Below are positions 1 through 9,554 of a stretch of DNA of 64,000 bases, one piece after another. The position numbers and the translations under genes are program-made. The notes under the pieces were generated by a model. That model saw only the letters and a program-made list of their open reading frames with translations, searched no databases and was not told where the DNA came from. The stretch's first letter is position 1, and every line of letters begins with the position of its first letter. The stretch is taken from sequence record NC_048674.1; one strand, 5' to 3'.

Positions 1-655
1 GAAATCGTCCATCATCTGAGTAACAAGGGAGGTTGTTGGAACGATTAGCAATATTTTCCCATCATAATTAGTCATATACCAGTAACAAATAAGAGCTGCT
101 ATTAGGGATTTACCGGCAGACGTAGGAAGGTTTAAGATACCCCGGTTATTCTGAATTGCGTAATAAACCGCATCAGCCTGATACCAGTGCGCGGTAATCT
201 TATTTCCCCCAGAATATATATCAATATCAGCCAACCATTTATCAAACTCTTCTCTAGATGTGAAATGGTTAATAGGAGTAAAGTCTTCTTCTTTTTCAAA
301 TTCGTATTCGTTTCTANGCCAGCCATAATACCATGAGAAAATTCCCGTCTCATAAACTGGTAATCCGCGAAATCGTCCATCATCTGAGTAACAAGGGAGG
401 TTGTTGGAACGNNNNNNNNNNNNNNNNNNNNNNNNNNNNNNNNNNNNNNGCGCAATATTTCTCAAGGTTATTGACCAGACCATAAGGGAATTTTCCATCA
501 GGTTGTAGGAGACGGATCCGACCATCCCAACCGCTATATTTAANNNNACCACCTTCCGTCTCAAATGAATAATACTCTCTCAACTCCATGAAGATGTCAC
601 GTTCACACTCGATAATTGCATTACTATAGTCGTTGAATTTAACTGATACTTTCAT
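1..655 (-). CDS. uvsW: UvsW DNA helicase, 5' part (fragmented by assembly gaps, runs off window start)
   Basis: N-terminus MKVSVKFNDYSNAIIECERDIFMELREYYSF...WDGRIRLL matches T4 UvsW. Positions ~1-295 read WYQADAV...NLPTSAGKSLI (Walker A)...IVPTTSLVTQMMDDF. Positions ~295-411 are a misplaced downstream piece next to an N gap. Confidence 0.88.
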
Positions 656-689
656 CTCGTTCTCTCTTTAAATTTTTCACATATATAAT

Positions 690-710
690 TATTTAGGGCA
701 ACACTAAATA
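690..710. promoter_or_regulatory. Divergent pair of late promoters (CTAAATA): minus strand for uvsW, plus strand for ORF 756
   Basis: TATTTAG at 690-696 and CTAAATA at 704-710, between divergent genes. The same motif precedes the spanins and tail fibre. Confidence 0.65.
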
Positions 711-755
711 AATGCGAGGGAATACCATTTCCTCGTGACGTAGGGAGAAAATAAA

Positions 756-1118
756 ATGCTTATAAATAGTAAGCTGTTTAAAGACACCCTACCCGTCCTA
801 ACCGTTATTGTGGCGATCTGGGCCTCTATATTTTCATATAATGAATTTATAGCGGATTCCCGCCAAGTAGCTTTTAAAGAGCAAATCACTTCCCACATGG
901 ACAAATCTATAGATAACCTAAGAACGGAGATTAAATCTCTCCCAAATAAGGATTCTGTAGAAACTGCTCAACTGCGGGCAATGCTTTATAGTAAGGATCT
1001 TATCGATGAGGTTAATAGGGGGAACCGAGTTGAATTGGAGAGACTTGAGAAGCGGATCAGTGAGATGGAAAACGCCAGAGTTGAGAAGAAAACTCAAACA
1101 AAACGCGAGGACGGTTAA
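756..1118 (+). CDS. Late-expressed protein with one N-terminal TM helix and a coiled coil
   Basis: Hydrophobic LPVLTVIVAIWASIFSY segment, heptad-rich C-terminus, upstream CTAAATA, downstream terminator. Confidence 0.7.
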   Translation: MLINSKLFKDTLPVLTVIVAIWASIFSYNEFIADSRQVAFKEQITSHMDKSIDNLRTEIKSLPNKDSVETAQLRAMLYSKDLIDEVNRGNRVELERLEKRISEMENARVEKKTQTKREDG

Positions 1119-1131
1119 GTTGTCTAACGTG

Positions 1132-1163
1132 GGTCATGATGCAATTTGCTCATGGCCTTTTTT
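1132..1163 (+). terminator. Intrinsic terminator
   Basis: Stem ggtcatgatgc/gctcatggcc followed by T6. Confidence 0.7.
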
Positions 1164-1177
1164 CTTTTAAAAAGGGG

Positions 1178-1207
1178 TTGACTCATGAAACTTGTGTGTA
1201 GTATTAT
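1178..1207 (+). promoter_or_regulatory. Early sigma70-type promoter
   Basis: TTGACT then TATTAT (18-nt spacer), followed by a GAGG RBS. Confidence 0.7.
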
Positions 1208-1239
1208 CTATCTCGTTGAGACACAAAAGAGGAATTACA

Positions 1240-1722
1240 ATGCTGAATGATCCTTACGAGTTGTTTTTTGATATGGATGGGGTGATGGCTGACTGGTGTC
1301 GTGCATTCGATGCTCGTTTTGGTGAGGGTGCGGCAGAACAGTTTGACAGTCTGAACAAAGAAGATAAGAATCTTATCAAAGAAGAACTGGCAAATGGTAA
1401 TTTCTATCGTCATCTTCCGGTGATGGAAAAAGGGGTTTCTCTGGTTATTGAGATGGTTCGTAGTGGTCGCAAGGTAAGTATCTTAACCAGCGTCGGTCGT
1501 CAAAACCCAGAGAACGTAGTTCGCCAGAAGAAAGCTTGGGTCTCTTATGTATATCCTGCTGACGTCGCTGCGGTACTGTTAGAAAACTTCCATTATACCC
1601 TGTGTAGTGAAGACAAAGCCGCGTTTGCTCGTCCTAACGTTTGTCTGGTTGATGACCGTGCCAAGAGCCGCATCCCGTTCATCGCTGCTGGTGGTGTTGC
1701 TGTTGATATCGCTGACCTTTAA
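1240..1722 (+). CDS. HAD-superfamily phosphatase, 5'(3')-deoxyribonucleotidase (NT5C)-like
   Basis: Motif I FDMDGVMAD, motif II ILTS, motif III K (EDKAAFA), motif IV LVDDR. Start chosen after the RBS. Confidence 0.8.
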   Translation: MLNDPYELFFDMDGVMADWCRAFDARFGEGAAEQFDSLNKEDKNLIKEELANGNFYRHLPVMEKGVSLVIEMVRSGRKVSILTSVGRQNPENVVRQKKAWVSYVYPADVAAVLLENFHYTLCSEDKAAFARPNVCLVDDRAKSRIPFIAAGGVAVDIADL

Positions 1723-1734
1723 GAGGAATTAATT

Positions 1735-2070
1735 ATGTTGGTAGAAAGTTTGTCTGTTGGTGTTGTTTGTCTTGGTCTGGCATATGGTCTTGACAAGTTT
1801 TTAGGAACTGGTATATTTTCTTGGAAAGAGAAAACCCCATCAAAACTGATGCGATCTAACGCAGATCAAGATTCAGTAATGAGGAACCAACACCACCAAA
1901 AAGGTATGATCGCCAAAAATGTGTTTGGTAAATTTTATGGTGGAAAACACAAAGCTAGGGTAAGTTATACCGAGAAAGAAATTTGTGTCCCTCACCCGGT
2001 AATTGTTAACTTTATTAACAACCTTTATAAAGAAAGGAAACAAAAATGTGTAACGAAGAATTGCAAGTAA
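1735..2070 (+). CDS. Hypothetical protein with N-terminal hydrophobic helix
   Basis: RBS gaggaa, in operon, typical codon usage. Confidence 0.6.
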   Translation: MLVESLSVGVVCLGLAYGLDKFLGTGIFSWKEKTPSKLMRSNADQDSVMRNQHHQKGMIAKNVFGKFYGGKHKARVSYTEKEICVPHPVIVNFINNLYKERKQKCVTKNCK

Positions 2071-2369
2071 AATACCCAAACATTTATTTTTCGAAGTACT
2101 GCACAGGGTCTTATTGGCGAAAAGGGGTTGGTGGTCGAGATGCAGAAGCACTCCCACGAAACAAACCACTTGAGTTCCTTAACGAACAGTGTGGTTTGGT
2201 AAATGTAGGTGTTCGATATTTTGTATGTACTTGTTGTGGTACTGCACAAGACGAAGACCAACTTGTTGGTAATGTGTTTGCTGGGAAATATTGCAAAACC
2301 TGCTATGACAAAGAGCCACAAATTCGCAAATCTATTGCTGAAAGCAAAAAACCCGGTTTTTACGACTAA
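2046..2369 (+). CDS. Hypothetical Zn-finger protein
   Basis: CTCC...CKTC cysteine pairs. Confidence 0.6.
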   Translation: MCNEELQVKYPNIYFSKYCTGSYWRKGVGGRDAEALPRNKPLEFLNEQCGLVNVGVRYFVCTCCGTAQDEDQLVGNVFAGKYCKTCYDKEPQIRKSIAESKKPGFYD

Positions 2370-2384
2370 ATAAAAGGAAATAAT

Positions 2385-3386
2385 ATGATTTTTGTAAAAT
2401 ATAACTCTCTTGAGAACCACTATCGTCAAAACGTCATCGACTCTTTTGCAACTTCCGGATATACTGCAAAGGGTGTTGAATGGGTTGCAATGGAAAAGAT
2501 TCATGGTACTAATTTTCAACTTGCTGTAAATGATGAACATGTACAGGCTGGTCGTCGAACTGATCTTCTTGGTGATTTTGACCAGTTTTATGAAGCAGAC
2601 CTGATTGTAAAGAAATATCATGATAATGCCCGAAAAGTATACAACTTTGTTAAACAAAAACACCCAGAAGTTGATCAAGTTACAATCTTCGGGGAATATG
2701 CCGGTAATCTTACTACTGGAAAAATGATTCAAAAAGAAGTAGAGTATGGAGATCAAGACTTTTATGTGTTTGATATCTTCATTTTCTCTGGTGAAACTGG
2801 AATGTACCTCTCCCACGATTTCGTTATGGATGCAATCGATGGGATCTTCAAACATGCCCCTGTTATCTACCGTGGGGATTTCGATGGTGTAACAAAACTC
2901 CCGAACGACTTCCAATCAGTTGTTATCCCAAGCAACAAAGCAGGAAAATTCGATCTTGTTGAAGGAACTGATAACATTGCGGAGGGGTTTGTTGCGAAGA
3001 CAGTAGACCCACATTATACCCGTCAAGGTCGGACTATTTTCAAATCTAAAAACTCCAAGTTTACAGAGAAAGGGAAATCTGACAAACCGGTAAAGGTAAA
3101 AGAGCCTCTGGGTGAATCAGATCTTGCTATGGTTCATGAGATTGCTGAATATATCAACGTGAATCGTCTTAAAAATGTCCTCAGTAAGATTGGGATCCCT
3201 ACCACCAAAGAGTTTGGTAAGGTTTCTGGTAACCTCTCGAAAGACGCAATTGAAGATTTCACGAAGGATACCAGCAAAAATCTACGAGATGCAGAACGTC
3301 CTTCTGATGTAGGTAAAGCAGTGAACAACCTAGCAGGGGAACTTGTTCGGGAACACTGGATGAATATCCTTGATGGAAATTTCTAA
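2385..3386 (+). CDS. rnlB: RNA ligase 2
   Basis: KYNSLENHY N-terminus, motif I EKIHGTNF, IFGEYAG, FYVFDI, EGFVAK, FKSKNSKFTEK, all matching T4 Rnl2. Confidence 0.95.
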   Translation: MIFVKYNSLENHYRQNVIDSFATSGYTAKGVEWVAMEKIHGTNFQLAVNDEHVQAGRRTDLLGDFDQFYEADLIVKKYHDNARKVYNFVKQKHPEVDQVTIFGEYAGNLTTGKMIQKEVEYGDQDFYVFDIFIFSGETGMYLSHDFVMDAIDGIFKHAPVIYRGDFDGVTKLPNDFQSVVIPSNKAGKFDLVEGTDNIAEGFVAKTVDPHYTRQGRTIFKSKNSKFTEKGKSDKPVKVKEPLGESDLAMVHEIAEYINVNRLKNVLSKIGIPTTKEFGKVSGNLSKDAIEDFTKDTSKNLRDAERPSDVGKAVNNLAGELVREHWMNILDGNF

Positions 3387-3434
3387 AAATAAATGAAAAA
3401 ANATATCGAAACAAGAGACAAAAAGGAACGAACC

Positions 3435-4070
3435 ATGAACAACGAAAAATTCAATGAAATTATGGAAAACGTAGTTGGTATGGTTGAAGCCGGTTTTGTT
3501 TCTAAGGCCGGTCAGAAACGCGCCCTAAACGAATGCGCAAAAATGATGGAACTGGTGCGGGCCGAATTCTCTTCTTTCTATCTGGACTCCATCAACATCG
3601 AACAGCGTAATATGAATCTTCCGGAACACGAAGCAGCGGTAGACCTTTATTATGCACAACCAAACACCGCGACTTTCGCCAAATATCTGGTAAAAGCAGA
3701 AAAAGCAATGCCTTGGATGGATAAAGCTCTGTGTGAAGAATTGGTTTCTATGGGTGAACAGGTTGTTGCTATGATTGAAACAGTTAAAAACGCTCCAATC
3801 AACCAACCAGAACCGAAAGTTAGCGAGAAAGAAGCCGTTATAAAGAAAAACATCATGGAGATCATGGAACTTCGGGGTGAACAGTTCAACCGGTGTCTTC
3901 GTTTGGATGAGATGTTTGGTCGGATGATGGTAACCGCTAACGTTCACCTTGTTCGTGGACACAAAGGTACTGTGTTTGTTCGCGCCTTCTACTACGTTTG
4001 TGGACACCTGACCCCCCTGAATGTAATCATTGCTGCTATGGAAGAAGCAGCAAAAAAAGAAACCAAATAA
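3435..4070 (+). CDS. Hypothetical early protein
   Basis: Long ORF with highly expressed codon usage and aggaa RBS. Confidence 0.7.
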   Translation: MNNEKFNEIMENVVGMVEAGFVSKAGQKRALNECAKMMELVRAEFSSFYLDSINIEQRNMNLPEHEAAVDLYYAQPNTATFAKYLVKAEKAMPWMDKALCEELVSMGEQVVAMIETVKNAPINQPEPKVSEKEAVIKKNIMEIMELRGEQFNRCLRLDEMFGRMMVTANVHLVRGHKGTVFVRAFYYVCGHLTPLNVIIAAMEEAAKKETK

Positions 4071-4091
4071 CTTTAAATTGAGGAATGAAAA

Positions 4092-4811
4092 ATGAAAAAG
4101 CGGTTTGTTAGTTTTGCTATCTTAGGTGCTATGTGTGCTATTAGTGCGGTACAGGTTAATGCGGCATCTTTTGACTGTGAGAAAGCATCGAGTAAAATAG
4201 AACGAACTATTTGTGCAGACGAACGGCTGAGTGAATCAGATGAGAAACTGAATTCTGTTTATAAAGAAGTTCGAAAAATTAACCCAGCGATCATAGAAGG
4301 TCAGCGAGATTGGGTCAAACGTCGTAATAAAGCATCTTCAATCGAAGAACTCGACCAACTTCATGAAACTCGGATCCAAGAACTTGAATCCATGCTTAAA
4401 CCAATCATCGAACAAGATGATGAAAGTGTGTTCACTCGTTCCGAACAACCAAAAATCAAGAAAGTGTCTGTTGTTGAAAATAAAAACGTAGTGAAAGACA
4501 TTAAATATTATGTCGATGAAGTACAACGTACTGGTGGAATGACTAATAAGGATGGATTCTTTTCCGCAAAAGAAGTGGGTAAGGGTTATCCTAGTTGGTT
4601 AAAAGGTTGTGGGATGGTTGTGGGTGAAGCACACGGTACAAAATATTTCATCAACGATGCCAAGAAATATGGTCAATTTGATATCTATATCCAGAATGAA
4701 TTGAGCTTTAAAACTGTTGCGGCTAATATCATGATTAAAAATATGGTAGATTCCGTAAAAGGCGATCTAGGTCTTGTTAAAATTATGTGTGATTCCGGAG
4801 AATTATATTAA
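4092..4811 (+). CDS. Secreted protein with LprI (DUF1311) lysozyme-inhibitor-like N-terminal domain
   Basis: Signal peptide followed by AASFDCEKASSKIERTICADERLSESDEKLNSVY...QRDWVKRRN...RIQEL, the typical LprI signature. Confidence 0.75.
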   Translation: MKKRFVSFAILGAMCAISAVQVNAASFDCEKASSKIERTICADERLSESDEKLNSVYKEVRKINPAIIEGQRDWVKRRNKASSIEELDQLHETRIQELESMLKPIIEQDDESVFTRSEQPKIKKVSVVENKNVVKDIKYYVDEVQRTGGMTNKDGFFSAKEVGKGYPSWLKGCGMVVGEAHGTKYFINDAKKYGQFDIYIQNELSFKTVAANIMIKNMVDSVKGDLGLVKIMCDSGELY

Positions 4812-5077
4812 TGAACCCCAAAGCTCGTGAATTGATGATAGAGCTATTCAATAACGGGATCGAGTGTAGGTTGGTATCTTCATCCACAAGCTCTTATATC
4901 GACGTACAGGGGCATATGGTGAGGGTTTCAGACCACGGAGGTCATTCTAAGTTCAAAGGAACTCAGATCCGAAAAGACCATGGCTATAAAAAGACCAAAT
5001 ATGGTATGATCTTTGGGTATAACGAGATTGGGATGGCAGTAAAATATCTCAAATCCCTAAATACATTAACAAACTAA
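4811..5077 (+). CDS. Hypothetical protein (RVSDH motif)
   Basis: Translationally coupled ORF. Confidence 0.6.
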   Translation: MNPKARELMIELFNNGIECRLVSSSTSSYIDVQGHMVRVSDHGGHSKFKGTQIRKDHGYKKTKYGMIFGYNEIGMAVKYLKSLNTLTN

Positions 5078-5089
5078 GAGGAATGCGAA

Positions 5090-5887
5090 ATGGCATTGAA
5101 TTATGTAGAAGAACCAGTAGAAAAAGAAACTAAACCAAAAAAGTCTACTGCGAAAAAACAAAAAGAGCTTGACCTTGGGGTAATCAACGAAATTGTTGAT
5201 GCTAATACCGCACCAGAAGCGAAAGCGAAAATTCAAGCATATGCTAAGGAATGTGGTTTTAAAATTAGCAAGTCTAATACTTCGGTTGACGATATGATCG
5301 TTAAACTCCTTGAAATGGCGGACGCCAAAGAGAATGAAAAACTGGACCTTGCACCGGAACCGAAAGAAAAAACCCCTTTTGTCGAACCAGTTGTAGTCGA
5401 TGATGAATTCGACAATGTAGAAGAGGTTATTGAACTTGGTGTGGTTGAATCAATCAAAATTGATGATGGGGTGGTTAATATCAATACTCCTAACGATGTT
5501 AAAATTGAATTCACTCCACCGAAACAACCAGAATATATTGATGCTTCTGGGTTTAAAACTCTCGACGAATTAATTGAAGATGAAAAGAAGTTCGTTAAAG
5601 AAAAAATGAATTTGGAAACTACTAAAGATACCCAAGAACCGGATTTGACTTATGGTTTCAAGCCGAAAGTAAATCTGATTGGTGCTGTTGGTAACCAATA
5701 CCTCAATTGCCCGTATTGGATTCTTGATTGGATCCTTGATAAAGGACCGTCTTGGAAGAGTATTATTGATACTCATGAACGCGAACCGGATAAAGCACTT
5801 CTGAAAACAGTTCTTTATTACATCCAGATTAATGGTAGTGTGACATTGCGCGAGAGTCGTAATTCTCGGTTCCATACCATTTATTAA
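5090..5887 (+). CDS. inh: Inhibitor of prohead protease (Inh)
   Basis: Acidic N-terminal and middle region. C-terminus FKPKVNLIG...YLNCPYWILDWI...VLYYIQINGSVTLRESRNSRF resembles T4 Inh. Lies near uvsW and rnlB as in T4. Confidence 0.8.
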   Translation: MALNYVEEPVEKETKPKKSTAKKQKELDLGVINEIVDANTAPEAKAKIQAYAKECGFKISKSNTSVDDMIVKLLEMADAKENEKLDLAPEPKEKTPFVEPVVVDDEFDNVEEVIELGVVESIKIDDGVVNINTPNDVKIEFTPPKQPEYIDASGFKTLDELIEDEKKFVKEKMNLETTKDTQEPDLTYGFKPKVNLIGAVGNQYLNCPYWILDWILDKGPSWKSIIDTHEREPDKALLKTVLYYIQINGSVTLRESRNSRFHTIY

Positions 5888-5892
5888 TATCT

Positions 5893-5930
5893 AGCCATCC
5901 TATGGGGTGGCTTTTTTGTATCCCTAAATA
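5893..5930 (+). terminator. Terminator after inh, followed by late promoter CTAAATA (5924-5930)
   Basis: agccatcc-tatg-gggtggct then T run, then ccctaaata. Confidence 0.7.
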
Positions 5931-5968
5931 CCAATTGACCATTTTGGTCAATATAAGAAGGGTGTTTA

Positions 5969-6190
5969 ATGGAATACAATTTCATCGAAGTTAATGAAAA
6001 TATTTTTGTTCTTACTGGATATTTCGGATCTTATAATTTGATTGAGAGATGGAAAAGACTTGAAGAAGATGACCATTTAATGATCGTGAAGATAAAGGAA
6101 TATTTGGGGAAGGGGAATATTGTGGTTGTACATGATGTACAAGAAGATTTATTCGTTAAGCTAGATGGAGATAAATTTTACGTTTTTTGA
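5969..6190 (+). CDS. Hypothetical protein
   Basis: ORF downstream of CTAAATA, followed by hairpins and a terminator at 6237-6261. Confidence 0.55.
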   Translation: MEYNFIEVNENIFVLTGYFGSYNLIERWKRLEEDDHLMIVKIKEYLGKGNIVVVHDVQEDLFVKLDGDKFYVF

Positions 6191-6316
6191 TTTCGTATTG
6201 TATCAGACATTACGAATGTTTTTAACTTTTATACTTAGGTGGTCGAGAGATCACCTTTTTTGTATCTTTTATATACAAAATAAAATAGTTTCACTTGTAA
6301 TCAAAGTATAAAATCT

Positions 6317-6390
6317 CTATAAGTATTTATATAGAAGATCTATAATTAGAGAGCGAAGCGAACCGCCGAAGGCGTACTCACTACGTTCGT
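6317..6390. repeat. Copy 1 of 34-bp AT-rich box plus mini-hairpin cluster
   Basis: ctataagtatttatatagaagatctataattaga (6317-6350) is identical to 48238-48271. It is followed by gagcgaagcgaaccgccgaaggcgtactcactacgttcgt. Confidence 0.9.
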
Positions 6391-6406
6391 ATTTTAAGGA
6401 GTAAAA

Positions 6407-6787
6407 ATGTTAAATTGGTTCAAGAAAACTGATACACTAGATCTGGTTGTAGAGATCTCTTATTACGATTCCATGAATTGTCTGGTGTTAATTGATACCC
6501 CCGAGATTCCTGTTACCTTCACAAAAGGTTGTGACGTTAGGGAAACAATAAATTCCACAATCATCACGTTTGCCAAAAACGATAATAAGATCCAAAGTGC
6601 ATTTAAAGATATTCGTGTTCCATCATTTGTTCGTAGTGGTTGGTTAGACGATTATAAACAAATACACAATGGGAATTTCGAAAAAGTAAAATCAAATCGT
6701 AAATTTTGGAATCATACCATTATCGATGCATCCGGTGCAAAAACATGGTGGGGTAAAGATATTCAAAGGTCTATTAAGGGGAAATGA
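6407..6787 (+). CDS. Hypothetical protein
   Basis: aaggag RBS, intact ORF. Confidence 0.65.
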   Translation: MLNWFKKTDTLDLVVEISYYDSMNCLVLIDTPEIPVTFTKGCDVRETINSTIITFAKNDNKIQSAFKDIRVPSFVRSGWLDDYKQIHNGNFEKVKSNRKFWNHTIIDASGAKTWWGKDIQRSIKGK

Positions 6788-7263
6788 TGGCTCGTGAAAT
6801 TGAAAGAAAATGGGTAGTTGATAGACCCATGATCCCATGGTATGCGATTGACATGTTCGAGGAAGAACTTGAGCATCAAGAACAGTGGTATGTTGACGGT
6901 ATTCGTTATCGCCACTGTGAGGATTATTATGGCAGTCATTGGTACATCAAAACAGTCAAAACCGGTTTCGGGCTTGAACGCGAAGAAATAGAAACTGATA
7001 TGGAACATGATGAGTTTTGGGAAATCATCAACAACCAGAATAGTAAGCCAGTCAGAAAGACCAGATACAAGATTCCATGTGAAGATGTAACGATTGAGGT
7101 TGACCTGATGGAAGATTTCCCATGCGTGTATGCGGAAATTGAGTTTGGAAGTGTGGAAGAAGCGTTAGCTTTTGATAAAATTCCATATTGGTTTAAGGAA
7201 GAGGTTACTAATGATACTAACCATTCCATGTATGCATATTTTATGAGGTATAATGATGAGTAG
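6784..7263 (+). CDS. CYTH / triphosphate tunnel metalloenzyme domain protein
   Basis: N-terminal EIERKW (ExExK), IRYR, KTVKTG.GLEREEIE, RKTRY, EVD, AEIEF motifs. Confidence 0.8.
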   Translation: MMAREIERKWVVDRPMIPWYAIDMFEEELEHQEQWYVDGIRYRHCEDYYGSHWYIKTVKTGFGLEREEIETDMEHDEFWEIINNQNSKPVRKTRYKIPCEDVTIEVDLMEDFPCVYAEIEFGSVEEALAFDKIPYWFKEEVTNDTNHSMYAYFMRYNDE

Positions 7264-8106
7264 TATGGAATTTGTGAAATGTAAGATAATCACAACTGGG
7301 TTGGGGGTGGAGTCGTTTCTTGAAGCAAACATTCCTAATTGGAGGGATGAAAGCGTTGACCCACGGGATGCATTTTATGAGCTGGTAACAGAAAAAGAAT
7401 TCATGATCTTAAACGATACAGTGTATCGCGTTATTTCTTATAAAGAACTAGACCCATGTGGTTATACTGACGTTGAGTGTAATGTAGATGGAACCATTGA
7501 TTGTATTTCCTTGTGGTATAACGGTGGTGGATGTCTTTCCGAAACTATTGAAGGTGCTATGAAATGAAAGTAGAAAAAAGTATTTTACGAGAGATGTGTT
7601 GGGATGATTGTCCGGAAGGGTGGGAAGTTCTGGATAATGAAGTGACTGGTTCCGGACGATGGTCTGAATACCATACAATGGTGTTTCGTATGCTTGGTGA
7701 CGACCGTTATTGGGCTGTTAATTATAGTGTTGGTCTTACAGAAATGCAGGATGAACGTCCATTCGAAAGTGAACCTGATATGGTTGAAGTATTCGAAGTA
7801 AAACCAGTAGAAAAAGTCATCATTGAATATGTGCGGGTGTAAAATGAAACGTGTTTCTCTTAAGGACCCATTAGGTCACGAATTCATTATGTCCGCATAC
7901 CCTTGCATTGAAACAATGATCATGAATATTAGTATTGTTCGTTGGTTTTTCAATAATGAAAATAATATATTTGTTGAAAAAGATCCCAATCAAACAAACC
8001 CACAGGGATATATCTTCTATGAAGATAATAAACAAGAACCATTTCTTTATCCCTTCTCTCTGTGTGTATATGAATGGGAACTAGAAAAATTCTTCGATGT
8101 TTTTGG

Positions 8107-8142
8107 TTGACATCCGATTGGGGCTATGAGACACTAGCCCCA
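8107..8142 (+). promoter_or_regulatory. Early promoter with the -10 box inside a hairpin
   Basis: TTGACA (8107) - 17 nt - GACACT. Stem tggggcta/tagcccca spans 8119-8142. Confidence 0.7.
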
Positions 8143-9525
8143 TCAAAACAAAGGAGACAAATATGAAAAATATTCTTGATTATCCAGTTGGAACTCCCGG
8201 TAGTGAAGTTGAAAAGCATATGTTGGTTGCTCATGAACGTCGGTGTATGGAAACCATCGAAATTTCTTTTGGTGATGAGTCGTCATTCTACGACTATATC
8301 AGTGGTAAGGCACCAGAAGATTGGGCCGAAGATTTCCGCAATCGTTACGAAGAAGTAACCGGTTTTTCTTTCCCTCGTAATATTAGGTTTGGAGAATAAG
8401 AATGAAGAATTATCCGCATTTCCGTGGTTCTGTTTTTGATGTGTTCTGTAAGAAAACCGCTATGTATCCACCATCAGAAATTTTCGCGGGGTTAGTAAAT
8501 CCAACAGGCCAACAGAAAAAGGCCGAAGTTCGTATCGCGACTATTTGTGAAGAATTATATGCACTGGAAGTTGGTGTGCTTCGGGATCTTCGTACGGTTA
8601 TGAACGAAGTTCTTGTAATGGAACAGTTCCACAAAAATATTAAGTCAATCGTCTTCGTTGAAAAAACCGCAGAACTCCAAGCACATGTAAAGTATGCAAT
8701 GGAACGTCTGAGTGGTATGATGAAGAAAGACCCTATTCTGAAAGACTACTTCGATTGGGGGTTGACCAAAGAAGAAATCAATAGTACAATCTTCAACATG
8801 GTAAACGAAATTGTTGATGATATTGAAGCCAAGGATATTGCCAAAGCACAAACTCCGGTAATCGTGGCAGAATATAACCGCATTAAAGGGGTAAAGAAAT
8901 GAGCGATATCATTTTTGAAGATTATCAATCCGGTGGGTGTTCCGTAGAAGAGATAAAAGTGAAAAATCTCCAACGTATTGAGATTAGTTATGACGGAGGT
9001 CGTTTATCTGTTTACATCGATGGAGTCAAAGCGTATGGTAACATGTGTAGTGGCGATGATTTCCATCTAACAATTAATCCGAGGTATTGATATGCGTTAT
9101 GAAGATCTAAATGAAATGTGTGGTGGTGAGGTTGCTTGTGTGGAAACATACACATTTGGCAAAAACTATGTTATCTGGGATGTTTGTGGATATGACAATG
9201 TGTATCACAAAGTTAAAGTACCACTCCAAAAGGTTACACGCGAACAAGCACTAGAACTGTTGGATTACTACGATCCAGAACGGATTGCTAACTATGAATT
9301 GGAAATGGAACTCCACCGATATCACATAGGAATCTTTATCGACCACGACAAATATTCTGTTTGTAACTCTAAGTTTTCAGAACACACTGACGATGTAGAA
9401 GACTGGTCTACGCTACCATCACCCGTAACTCTGATGAAGCGCATTCAATGTGAAGAGTTGAGGTCTGAGATCATTGATCTTGAACTCAAGATCGAAAAAA
9501 TTCAGGCAAGTATGTAATAAACAAG

Positions 9526-9554
9526 TTGACATCAAAATGATGGTATGAGATAGT
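9526..9554 (+). promoter_or_regulatory. Early promoter
   Basis: TTGACA - 17 nt - GATAGT with a TG extension. Confidence 0.65.

Noticed and set aside
1-411. Exact 43-bp duplication (1-43 and 369-411) inside uvsW, suggesting a repeat, intron or split gene
   Set aside because: The second copy abuts an N gap and carries a downstream uvsW fragment out of order, which points to a scaffolding artefact.
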